A stretch of 64,000 bases of DNA from Pelagomonas calceolata (taxonomy: Eukaryota): assembly GCA_918797485.1 (NCBI GenBank), contig CAKKNE010000006.1, positions 434,001 through 498,000 of the forward strand, read 5' to 3'. Positions 55,384-64,000 of the stretch are shown here, piece by piece. The notes below the pieces were generated by a model, which did not search any database, had not been told where the DNA came from, and was given only the letters and a program-made list of their open reading frames with translations. Positions within the stretch are counted from its first letter, which is position 1; every line of letters begins with the position of its first letter. The translations under genes and the position numbers were made by a program.

Positions 55384-57406
55384 TCAGGACAACACCGCGC
55401 CGTCGGACAGCTCTAGCCCCGGCGAGTCTTCCGGCGCGACGCCGACGCGCAGGCCCGACGCGTCGCGCGCAGCGGAAGCATCGCCCTCCGCGTCCGTCAA
55501 AGCGAGGATTGATAAACACAAATCGTTGATGATCGAGTCGACCGCGAAGAGGACGAGAGGCTGCGCGAAGCCTATGGCAGGGTTAAGGTAGCACACCAGC
55601 GTCGAGAACACCGCGACAAACGTTGCGATAAGCACGCGTCGCGTCTGCGCGCGCAGCGCCGGGTCCCCGACGCCGAGTTGCCGGTCGGCGTGCCACAGGG
55701 GCCGCAGGAACGCGTAGCACAGGCACACGGAGACAGATACGTGCAAGCATCCGATCAGTGCCATGACCGACCCCGTAAATAAAGTCGCCGCTTCTAATGC
55801 GCGTCCTTGTAAGTTTTTTCGACCTTGTTCGTCGCTCGTGACGAAATTCTTAGCTAGGTCGTACTGCAAACAGTACCTGGGGTGGAAAACCGAAGTGAGT
55901 CGCCGCGATATTTGATTTCCGCACGGGCTTGGACGTGAGTATCGTCTGTAACGATATGATAAATAGCTGGCAGCCCACGACCCACCGCAGGACCTTCAAG
56001 GTCCGCGGCGACGGCCCGCCCGGCACGCCTCCCAAGAGGTGGACGCGGCAGACCAGCACGAGCTCGAGCACAATGTTAGTCACGATGCCCATCAAGAGTC
56101 CTGCGATGTACGTGGCGCAGCTGTGGGCGGCGCCCTCGGGCGTCACCTCGTCGCCGTAAACGTGGGGCCAGTTCCTCGAGAACGATCCCTTTTCACCCGC
56201 GCACCAGCCCTTGAATCCATCAAGCCACTCCCAAGCGCCGCCGACGATGTCCGCCACCGTCGGGTTCGGGCTCTCGCAGTCGCAGTCGTAGGCGCGCGTA
56301 GTTTGTACGTTGTGGTGCTCGCCTGTGTGGAAATCAACCAGTGTGTCAGGTGCACATTTCTCGACGATGACGCGGCCGTGCTGGCTCCGTCGAGCGGCGA
56401 GGAACCGGCACCGCCACGCCATCGAGCAGGCGGCGAGGAACCGGCACCGCCACGCCATCGAGCAGGCATCGCGTCGATGGCGTGAACGCGCCGTAAAATT
56501 TTGATTTCCACACAGGTGTTCGCATCGCCACGTCATGAAGCTACAGAAGACGGCGAGGTTCGTGAAAAGTTGGATCACGAAGTACGCCACGAGAGCCTTG
56601 AGGTAGGCGCGGAACGGCGTCGAAGCCGCGTCCTCGTCGCTCCGGCGGAAGTCTCGCCGGATCAAGAGCGCCGCGGCCACGCCGAACGCCGAGGCGGCGA
56701 CGGCGAGGAGATACAGCGCGTAGAGGCTCGCAAAATCGTTGTCCTGCGCCCACCAATCCCAATATGGCGGCGCGTAACTCGGGAGCCCCATATAGAAATC
56801 GCGGCGCCACCGGCAGCCGCGAATGTCGCAGGCCCACCGGCCACCACCCCGTTGCGTGTCCTCGTACGCGCGGTCGCAAGTGCAACTGCCGTCCGTGGCG
56901 CTACGCCGCGATTCGCAGCGCCCGGCCGCGCAGGTCGCAGCTTCGACGGTGAACGCGTCCCCGGCGCAACTCGCGCACGTGGTGTCCTCCTCGCACAACG
57001 ATAAATCACGAAGCGTATAGTTACGCGCCCAGTAATCATGGTCTCGAAAAGCTTGGGCGTACGACTCGTCGTAGGGGACGAACAGGGTCGTCTTGTTGGA
57101 GAGATTCTGGCAGCAGGGGGGCAGTACGGCGTCGTCGCTGTGCCACGTCCACGTCCACCCCCACTTAATCCTTTCTCTGTAGACGCCGCCCCCGGGCCGG
57201 GCCGCGTTCACGCTGTACTGCTGCACGACCCAGCAGCCCGTGCCGGCGCTCGCGTCGGCGGTCTCAGATACGAGCTCGGCGTACACCGGGAGCAGCAATA
57301 ACACGGCAACGACCGAGCATGCGATCGATGCAAGCCACTTGTGGGCCAGCACGCGCTCCTCGATTCGAATTCGGTCGGAGCTGCTGCTGTCCTTGGCAGC
57401 GGCCAT
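55384..57406 (-). CDS. multi-pass membrane protein with a Cys-rich extracellular region; exons 57406-56524, 56322-55935 and 55876-55384 (~587 aa)
   Basis: Joined via two introners (WRCEHHN; ILTYCLQYD); several TM helices; C-terminal DSIINDLC. Confidence 0.65.
55877..55934 (-). mobile_element. degenerate introner intron (58 nt, phase 2)
   Basis: Minus strand GTCCAAGC|CCGTGCGGAAATCAAA...GACTCACTTCGGTTTTCCACCCCAG|GTACTGTT; joins two ORFs in frame. Confidence 0.75.
56323..56523 (-). mobile_element. introner intron, GC-AG (201 nt, phase 1, stop-free in frame), perfect TIR
   Basis: Plus strand GTGCTCGC|CTGTGTGGAAATCAA...TTGATTTCCACACAG|GTGTTCGC; TSD 7/8. Confidence 0.9.
56394..56465 (+). repeat. 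perfect 36-bp tandem duplication inside the introner
   Basis: GCGGCGAGGAACCGGCACCGCCACGCCATCGAGCAG x2. Confidence 0.9.
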
Positions 57407-57832
57407 GCTTGCCCTGTCTCTGTTTCAGTGCAGCAGCAATGCAAAGCAGAGCACTGATGGGTGGCTTTGTTTCCCTGGAGCTGGGCTTAGGGCAGCCTGG
57501 GGCGTGAATCGTTCGATAGCTTTGTCTTGGTATTGCTGGCTGCCCCCTTTTGAGTCGTCGAGCCGTTTGCACGCTTTTGCAAAGAGCCCAAAAAGGCGCT
57601 GATCTTTGGCAAATCTGATCTGCCGTGCGGGACGGGATGCGCCGGATGATCTGCCGGATGGCTCCTCCTCCGGAGGTTTCTCCGAGCCATCAGTACCGAA
57701 CCCCAACAATACGCAAGCCAGCCGCCGGCTCGGGCGCCGACGTCAGAGACGCCAACGCGCGGGCCCGGCGTCGGAGCGTCGGTAGAAAACCCCTACTACA
57801 TCAAGGATTACTAGGACTCAAAATTACAAAAT

Positions 57833-59308
57833 CTAGCACGGCGGCGGCGGCTCGTCGTCGTCGTCGGCCGCGGCAACAACGGCTGGGGGCGGCGGCGGGT
57901 CGTCGACGCGCCGCGTCGACACGGCGGCCATGCCATCCTTCTTCCGTCGCGACGACGAGTCCTTGACCATGAGGTCGGCCATCGACGCGGACAAAGCGGG
58001 CCGCCGGTTGTCCAACGGCTTCGCGTGGACGCCGACGCTCTGCTTCTTTGTCGGCGCCCCCAGGCCCGGTTTCCGTTCGCCGTTCAGGCGTTGCAGGCGC
58101 TCCTCCTTCTCGGCACGCGCTTTGCTCTTCCCGAACAAGGTCGGCGCGTTCTCATTTATTTTGGGCATCTCGATAAGTAGGTGACCGGTAACCTTAGATC
58201 TCTTGGCCGTCGACAGCGACGCGTTCACCTCGGACGGTAATTTCAGTCTCAAGACCTTGGACTTGATCACGACCGACACATACGCAGGGTGGATGTCGAG
58301 GTCTATCAATGATGAATCTAAGTGACGCGACACATGTAAGTCCAGAATAATACTACCTTTGACGGACTCCTCGTCGAAATGAAACTCCCACTTGCCCTCG
58401 TTGCACTGCAGGATTTTCCCTTCCTCCTCCCGTTGCCTTACTCTCTCGACTTTTTTGCGCTGCTCGCCGGCGTGGTCGCGCTCCCGGGGCTGGCGTCGCA
58501 GCTCGCGGTTCTCCTTCTCAGCCTTCTCCTCGGCGAGCTCCTCGTACATCTTCAGGCGCACCTGCGTGGGTATCGCGAGTCGCCGCCGCGACGCGTCGAA
58601 GGACGCCGCATACCGTACCTCCGGCGTATAGGGGGCTTTTTCGTCCGTATCAATATCCCGATAATCGACAAACTCTTTCTGAGCCTTCTCGTCGCGCTTC
58701 TCCTGGGCTAGTGACCGCAGCTCGACGGCGAGCTTCGGCAGCTGCTGCTTCGCGATGATCTGCATTGACCGTGTTATTGCCTCCCCATCGAGGAATTGCA
58801 ACTGCGGCAAGCGCGCAATCACATAGTTCTTGAAGCCCGGCCAGTTCGCCTCACAAGGGTTGCCCATCATGTAGAGGTCTTTCAAGTGTTCTCTGTCTGC
58901 GAGGTGGTCCATACTGGACTCCAATTCATCAACATCGACGAAATTCACGGTTAAATCTAACTTGTTGAGGAACTCGCACTTATCTAAGCCTTCGATTTTC
59001 GAGACGTTGTTCAGGGCCATGTTCAAGTACTCCAGATCTTTTAAATGATGCAAGTGTTGGATCTTCGAAATGATGTTGTTTTGCAGGTAGAGGATTTTGA
59101 GCTTCCGGCACGTCGTCCCGAGACACGGCTCGATGGCCACCAACTCCTCCTGGTGCAACGTGAGCTCCTCAAGGGTAGATATAATCCCTTCGTTGTGCTC
59201 GGCGCGCTTTCGGATCAATTTCAGGGTCATCCTATTCATGCCTTTTTTGGGCGGCGGGTACTTGTCCTCCGCATCAGGATCGGGGACCCAGATGCCATCG
59301 CTCGCCAT
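57833..59308 (-). CDS. DNAAF11: dynein axonemal assembly factor LRRC6/TilB; probable in-frame intron 58562-58618 (~472 aa)
   Basis: LIRKRAEHNEG, LKILYLQNNIISKI, LDLTVNF, QCNEGKWEF, HLDSSLIDLDIHPAYV, AKRSKVTGHL. Confidence 0.9.
   Translation of the reverse strand: MASDGIWVPDPDAEDKYPPPKKGMNRMTLKLIRKRAEHNEGIISTLEELTLHQEELVAIEPCLGTTCRKLKILYLQNNIISKIQHLHHLKDLEYLNMALNNVSKIEGLDKCEFLNKLDLTVNFVDVDELESSMDHLADREHLKDLYMMGNPCEANWPGFKNYVIARLPQLQFLDGEAITRSMQIIAKQQLPKLAVELRSLAQEKRDEKAQKEFVDYRDIDTDEKAPYTPEVRYAASFDASRRRLAIPTQVRLKMYEELAEEKAEKENRELRRQPRERDHAGEQRKKVERVRQREEEGKILQCNEGKWEFHFDEESVKGSIILDLHVSRHLDSSLIDLDIHPAYVSVVIKSKVLRLKLPSEVNASLSTAKRSKVTGHLLIEMPKINENAPTLFGKSKARAEKEERLQRLNGERKPGLGAPTKKQSVGVHAKPLDNRRPALSASMADLMVKDSSSRRKKDGMAAVSTRRVDDPPPPPAVVAAADDDDEPPPPC
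58562..58618 (-). mobile_element. degenerate introner-like intron (57 nt, phase 0, in-frame)
   Basis: GAG|GTACGGTA...GATACCCACGCAG|GTGCGCCT; the 3' end resembles the TIR; removal gives YTPEVRLKMY. Confidence 0.6.
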
Positions 59309-59501
59309 CGTGGCGGGAGGCCGCGGCGGCGTACGGTATCCGGCTACGCGGCTGCCTTGTGTGCCAGGAGGGCTGCGACGACGGCGTGAGCGCTGCGCCA
59401 AGCCCTAGCAAAGCTTGGCGGCTGCCTCTTAATGCCAGTGAACGACGCTTTGCGTGCAGATAGGCGGTTCACGCGCCATGCAGAGCTTTGGAGCTCTTTT
59501 A

Positions 59502-59525
59502 GCTAGCGGCATGTAAGACACTAGG
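59502..59525 (+). promoter_or_regulatory. CTAG-palindrome upstream motif
   Basis: GCTAGCG-GCATGTAAGA-CACTAGG between divergent starts 59308 and 59670. Confidence 0.7.
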
Positions 59526-59669
59526 AATATCAGTGCAGGCGTGTGCGCAGGCCTACACGCAAGCGCTGGAGCCCAGCGCTGGAGCACACTACTGTTTTCG
59601 ACACCTGAGAGCAGCGCGCAAGCCGCAGCGCTGCGAAGAGACGAATTGAGATCGTGGAGTGAGGACACC

Positions 59670-60554
59670 ATGGCATCCAGAGCTGCAGCTCTCGCATACC
59701 TCGTCCACACGGCTGCATTCCTCGCGCCGAGGACGCCCACGCAGCGATGCCCACTTCGTGCGAGCGTCGACGCGCGCGACGCGGGCGGCGAGACGCCGCT
59801 CATCAAGGCCGCCGAGGCGGGAGACTGCGATGCCGTAGCCAGCCTCTTACAACAAGGCGCCGACGCGACGGCCGAGAGCTACACGCAGTGGACAGCACTA
59901 CATGGCGCCGCGGAGGCTGGCTGTGTGGAGTGCCTAAAACTGCTCCTCGGCGCGGGCGCCCGAAGCGACGCGCGGGCGAAGAGCGGCCTGACGCCCGCGG
60001 GCATCGCAAAGAAGTACGGGCGAGACGCGGCGTTCGAGCTGCTCTCCCAGACGCCTCTAGATACGTACCCCGTTGCGGTGCCCGAGACCGGCGGGAAGAT
60101 AATCATAACCCCGTGCCCGGGCAAGCGCCAGAGAGACTTAGGTTTGGATCTCGACCACCTGAAAGGCATGGGTGCCGAGGCGGTCATCACCATGGTCCAG
60201 GACCGCGAGCTCGACCTGCTGAGCGTGCGCGACATCGGTGAAAAGTGCGAGGAGCGCGGCCTCATCTGGCTCCACTGCCCGATCCCGGATTTTGACGGAC
60301 CGGGGGCCGCCTTCGAGAGGGCCTGGGCGGACGCGGGCCCGCGGGCGCGGGACATCCTGCGGCGGGGCGGCACGGTCGTGAGCCACTGCCGCGGCGGCAT
60401 CGGCCGCGCGGGCACGGTCGCCTCTCGACTACTGATCGAGCTCGGCGCCGCGACGCCCGACGAAGCGCTACGACGCGTCCGAACGGCGCGGCCCGGCGCC
60501 GTCGAGACGTGGGAGCAGGAGCAGCACGTCCTTTCTTGTAGGGCAGTCGATTAA
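59670..60554 (+). CDS. ankyrin repeats plus CDKN3-like dual-specificity phosphatase, probably plastid-targeted
   Basis: Leader ...HTAA|FLAP; ankyrin GETPLIKAA, WTALHGAA, GLTPAGIA; PTP loop HCRGGIGRAG; RPGAVETWEQE. Confidence 0.8.
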   Translation: MASRAAALAYLVHTAAFLAPRTPTQRCPLRASVDARDAGGETPLIKAAEAGDCDAVASLLQQGADATAESYTQWTALHGAAEAGCVECLKLLLGAGARSDARAKSGLTPAGIAKKYGRDAAFELLSQTPLDTYPVAVPETGGKIIITPCPGKRQRDLGLDLDHLKGMGAEAVITMVQDRELDLLSVRDIGEKCEERGLIWLHCPIPDFDGPGAAFERAWADAGPRARDILRRGGTVVSHCRGGIGRAGTVASRLLIELGAATPDEALRRVRTARPGAVETWEQEQHVLSCRAVD

Positions 60555-60662
60555 TCACATGTTAGTAGCACACTAGTGGCACGCCGACGACGCGGCCGCA
60601 TCGACGGCGTCGACTGGCTCACACGCCCCGTCGACAAGGCGCCGCCGCCGCGCCATAAAAAC

Positions 60663-62015
60663 TCAACACGCCACGTCCCACGTCCCACGTTCCCAGTCCA
60701 CGGAGTACTCGCAGCGCCGGTAAGCATCGTCGTGCCACGGCTTCGTCGGGTAGCGCGCGCCGCGGTCCCGGTAGATGCTCTCGACCGTCGATAAGCGCGC
60801 GTCGAAGTCGTCAGAGTCGAGCCACGACGTCTTTGGTGGAGACGGCGCGGCGTCCACCAATTCCCGGATGTACGCCCAGGCGCTCGAGCCTTCTGCCGTC
60901 GTGTAGTGCAGGTCCTGCTCGCGTCCCGACGCCTCGATTGTACTAAGACGTTGGGCGACCCAGCTTTGTCTCTCACCAAGCGGCGTCAGAGCGCCTTCAC
61001 TGGTCGCCCAGGCCTCTCCTAAGTAACGTGACTGCGCCTCGAAAGTTGGAATGGGACAAGGGACGGCGAGCTGGATACCCACGAAGCCCAGGGTGGGCCT
61101 CTCCGCGTGCTGGAGATGTAAGTACAAGGGTCGGCAGCTCCTTCTTCCCTCAAACTCCATGCCAACTTCATCTTCCTGCAAAAAGGGAAACGCGTACACG
61201 TAGCCCGTCGCCAGAATCACGGAATCTACGGGAGGACCCGGTGCTTTTGTAGAATCAACGTAGAGGTGGCCGTCCGCGTTCAGTGCAGCACCAACGGGCA
61301 CGTGCGTCACGCGCTTCTGTGAATCCGACACGAGGTCCGAGCATTTTTTTTCAATTATATAAGTCCAATCCGCTACGTTTTGTAATTCCCGACTGATGTC
61401 CACGCCCGAACTCCTACCTCCCACAATAAGTACCGACTTGCCTTCGTAGGGTTCCGGTACGTTGTAATGCAGTGAATGTATAATAGAACGATCGCCGTTC
61501 AACCACTCATCTTGCCCCGGGATTTCTGGGATGTAGGGCGCCTCGTAGTGGCCGTTGCACACGACGACGGCGTCGTAGTCGTCCTCCACACATCCTTGTT
61601 GCGTCTCGTACTTTACCTGCCACCGATCGTCGGCCAACGGCGTGACCTCGAGGACTCGGGCGCCGAAGGTCGCTTCCACACCGAACTTCTCCGCATATGT
61701 TGAGATGTAGGCGCCTAATGCTCTACCGTCGACGTAGGACGGTAATGAGGACGGAAAGTCCAAGTCGGGACTTTGCATGACCTGCTTCGGGAGGTTCGTC
61801 CGTAAATTCTTGTACACGACATTATTGGTCGGTCGTTCGGCCCAGACGCCGCCGAAGCTCGCGCCCGTTTCAAACACATTAGGTTTGTGCCCCGCTTGCT
61901 TGAGGAATCGAGCTGCCGCCACGCCGGCGCTGCCGCCTCCAACAACAGCCACTCGCCGCGAGACGCGCAGGCCCTCCGCCAGGGCCGCCGCCATCATGAG
62001 CAGTGATTTGTGCAT
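60663..62015 (-). CDS. flavin-containing monooxygenase (FMO family)
   Basis: VAVVGGGSAG, FGGVW, VYKNLRTNLP, VCNGHY, IIHSLHY, VGGRSSGVD, ILATGY. Confidence 0.9.
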   Translation of the reverse strand: MHKSLLMMAAALAEGLRVSRRVAVVGGGSAGVAAARFLKQAGHKPNVFETGASFGGVWAERPTNNVVYKNLRTNLPKQVMQSPDLDFPSSLPSYVDGRALGAYISTYAEKFGVEATFGARVLEVTPLADDRWQVKYETQQGCVEDDYDAVVVCNGHYEAPYIPEIPGQDEWLNGDRSIIHSLHYNVPEPYEGKSVLIVGGRSSGVDISRELQNVADWTYIIEKKCSDLVSDSQKRVTHVPVGAALNADGHLYVDSTKAPGPPVDSVILATGYVYAFPFLQEDEVGMEFEGRRSCRPLYLHLQHAERPTLGFVGIQLAVPCPIPTFEAQSRYLGEAWATSEGALTPLGERQSWVAQRLSTIEASGREQDLHYTTAEGSSAWAYIRELVDAAPSPPKTSWLDSDDFDARLSTVESIYRDRGARYPTKPWHDDAYRRCEYSVDWERGTWDVAC

Positions 62016-62207
62016 GCAGCACTGGCTGTGGCGAGGCTGTGGCGAGTGGTGGTGGCTGAGTTGAGAGGCTCCCTGGGTCGCAGCGGTGCGCCCTTGTGTC
62101 GCAGCCGTGCGTACCACCTCCTGGCGTGCAGGGGAGAACCCTGTGGAATTCTAGAGCTGCGCTGACGGCGTGTCTTATGCAAACAAGCGAGTGGGCTGGC
62201 CGAGTGC

Positions 62208-62231
62208 GCTAGCGTCCAGTAAGACACTAAG
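62208..62231 (+). promoter_or_regulatory. CTAG-palindrome upstream motif
   Basis: GCTAGCG-TCCAGTAAGA-CACTAAG between divergent starts 62015 and 62446. Confidence 0.65.
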
Positions 62232-62445
62232 CAAGCGCTCAAGCAAGCTCAGCTCGCGCACGGAGCCGCTGCTGCGCCTGGCGACCTTTTGACAGCCGCA
62301 TCGGTCACTCTACTTATCGCTCGCCAGCCTTGGTTGGAGACCGCGTATTTTAGGCCGCCCTAGTCACCGCGTACACTCAAAGCCGCCGGAGGCCGCAGAC
62401 GCGCCGACAGCGCAACCGCGCGCACCCAGCAGCAAAGCAGGAACG

Positions 62446-63510
62446 ATGCGCCCCCTGAAAGACCGCGGCCGGCCCTGGACGCTCCGCGACGTCGGTAGCA
62501 CATATGACTACGAAAAGACCGTCGGCGAAGGTGTTTATGGGGAAGTCTTCCAAGCGACGGAAAAGCTCACGAAGGACGCGCGAGCTTTGAAACGCGTCAA
62601 GACGGACAACGCCACGGAGCGCGAAGGCTTCCCCATCACCGCTTTGCGCGAGGCGAACGTCCTCAAAAGGCTAGCTCATGAGAACGTCGTCACGTTGCAT
62701 GAAGTGCTCACGGACGGCGACGGTGGAGTTATAAGCTCGTTCGAGTTCTGCGCCCATGATCTGGCTGGACTCATTGAATCCCCAAAGATGAATCTGCTGA
62801 TCAAGCGGCCGGCTCGAGTTCGCAGCTTAGCGAGGCAGCTCTTCGCGGGGATCGATCACGCCCACGCGCATGGCGTGTTGCACAGAGACATAAAAGCGGC
62901 GAACTTACTGGTCACAAAAGATGGTGTACTTAAGATAGCTGATTGGGGCCTCGCGAGGACCTATGAAAGTGACTCAAAATTGACGAATCGCGTCGCGACG
63001 CTCTGGTACCGGGCGCCCGAGCTGTTGCTGGGGGCGACGCGCTGTAGTGATGGCTACGGGCCCGCGCTGGATGCCTGGTCCTGCGGATGTCTCGTCGCGG
63101 AGTTATTGAGAGGAGCACCAATTCTACCAGGGAATACTGAGATCGAGCAGGTGGACCTCATCTTTGCGCTCTGTGGGTCTCCCACCACCGACACGTGGCC
63201 GGGCGGCCCGAATTTACCGCTCTGGGATACCTTCTGTAATGTAGATGAGGATGATTCGTCTGTCAAAGAAAGAACGCTGCGGGAGCGCTTCTCGGCGTTC
63301 GATGCGGAAGCGCTGGATTTGGTCGATGCCATCCTCCAATGTGATCCGTCTTCTCGACTATCGGCGTCGGACGCGCTGCAGCGGCCCTACTGTCGGGACG
63401 CGCCCCGCCCTTCTGAGCTCGAGCCTTTGGACGGCGAGTCTTCCTTAGAACTCGAGGTGCGGAAGCGTCGGCGCGAAAAGAAAGGTAGTGGCGAGGCGCG
63501 TAAGTCATAG
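62446..63510 (+). CDS. CDK9/CDKC-like cyclin-dependent kinase
   Basis: GEGVYGEV, EGFPITALRE, HRDIKAANLL, ADWGLAR, TLWYRAPELLLG. Confidence 0.9.
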   Translation: MRPLKDRGRPWTLRDVGSTYDYEKTVGEGVYGEVFQATEKLTKDARALKRVKTDNATEREGFPITALREANVLKRLAHENVVTLHEVLTDGDGGVISSFEFCAHDLAGLIESPKMNLLIKRPARVRSLARQLFAGIDHAHAHGVLHRDIKAANLLVTKDGVLKIADWGLARTYESDSKLTNRVATLWYRAPELLLGATRCSDGYGPALDAWSCGCLVAELLRGAPILPGNTEIEQVDLIFALCGSPTTDTWPGGPNLPLWDTFCNVDEDDSSVKERTLRERFSAFDAEALDLVDAILQCDPSSRLSASDALQRPYCRDAPRPSELEPLDGESSLELEVRKRRREKKGSGEARKS

Positions 63511-63565
63511 TTCAGTTTTACACAGTTCGCGAACGTCCACGCCATCGAGCAGAGGGAAAGGGGAG

Positions 63566-64000
63566 TCACAGCTGGGCGTTGCAGAGCGGGCACGTCGGCC
63601 GCTTGCCCCTGCCCGCGCTCAACAACGCCCACCGGTCGATGCACTCGACGTGGAAGCAGTGGCCGCACCTCGGTAAGACGCGGTAGACGTCGTCGCTCTC
63701 CCAGGTCTCGCTGCAGATCGCGCAGCAATCAAAACGGTCCGCGAACGCTTTTTCCAGATCTCGGCGCTCGAGGCACGCGCGGGCCTTCGAGCCGAGGCGC
63801 CGTCTCAACTCGGCGACCGACAGGTGGCGCGGCTCTTTGTAAATTTCCGTGCGCATCTTGCGCACGCGCTCGACCGCTTGCGCGAAGGCTCTCTCATCTC
63901 TAGGTGGTGGCCGCGGCGGCGGCGCCGTCGCCGCGGTCCTCAAGGACTCGAGGATGGTTGGTGCGGCGACGGCCGCTATGACGAGGCCGCACGTGAGCAA
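63566..64000 (-). CDS. RING-H2 E3 ligase-like protein (5' end probably outside the window)
   Basis: CAICSE...LPRCGHCFHVECIDRW...CPLC. Confidence 0.8.
   Translation of the reverse strand: MLTCGLVIAAVAAPTILESLRTAATAPPPRPPPRDERAFAQAVERVRKMRTEIYKEPRHLSVAELRRRLGSKARACLERRDLEKAFADRFDCCAICSETWESDDVYRVLPRCGHCFHVECIDRWALLSAGRGKRPTCPLCNAQL

Noticed and set aside
60575..60695. Possible extra intron at the FMO 3' end
   Set aside because: Introner-like words are present but there is no TIR, TSD or usable acceptor, and the ORF ends normally at 60663.

Overview
GC-rich, very gene-dense nuclear DNA of a photosynthetic, flagellated stramenopile, most likely a pelagophyte (Pelagomonas/Aureococcus-like; an inference from a fucoxanthin-chlorophyll a/c protein, signal-peptide plus plastid-type leaders, a dynein-assembly factor and the intron type). 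About 30 protein-coding genes are packed mostly as divergent or convergent pairs. Two non-coding systems stand out. (1) Every intron I can infer (12 in CDSs plus a 5'UTR candidate, 53-201 nt) belongs to, or carries remnants of, one family of intron-generating miniature DNA transposons (introners). The family has a 15-bp terminal inverted repeat, CTGTGTGGAAATCAA...TTGATTTCCACACAG, whose 3' CAG is the acceptor, and an 8-bp target-site duplication whose upstream copy supplies the GT/GC donor. Copies run from a perfect TSD to highly decayed. (2) An imperfect palindrome, GCTAGCG-N6-11(GTAAGA)-CACTAGC, occurs 14 times, only in upstream or divergent intergenic DNA, and is a candidate general promoter element. 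Unusual proteins include a PncC/CinA-NudC fusion, an SF1-helicase/F-box/RCC1 fusion, a GT61-sulfotransferase fusion, an ABC protein with a SAP motif and an ankyrin plus bacterial-type phosphatase. All splice models come from reading-frame and motif logic, not transcripts.
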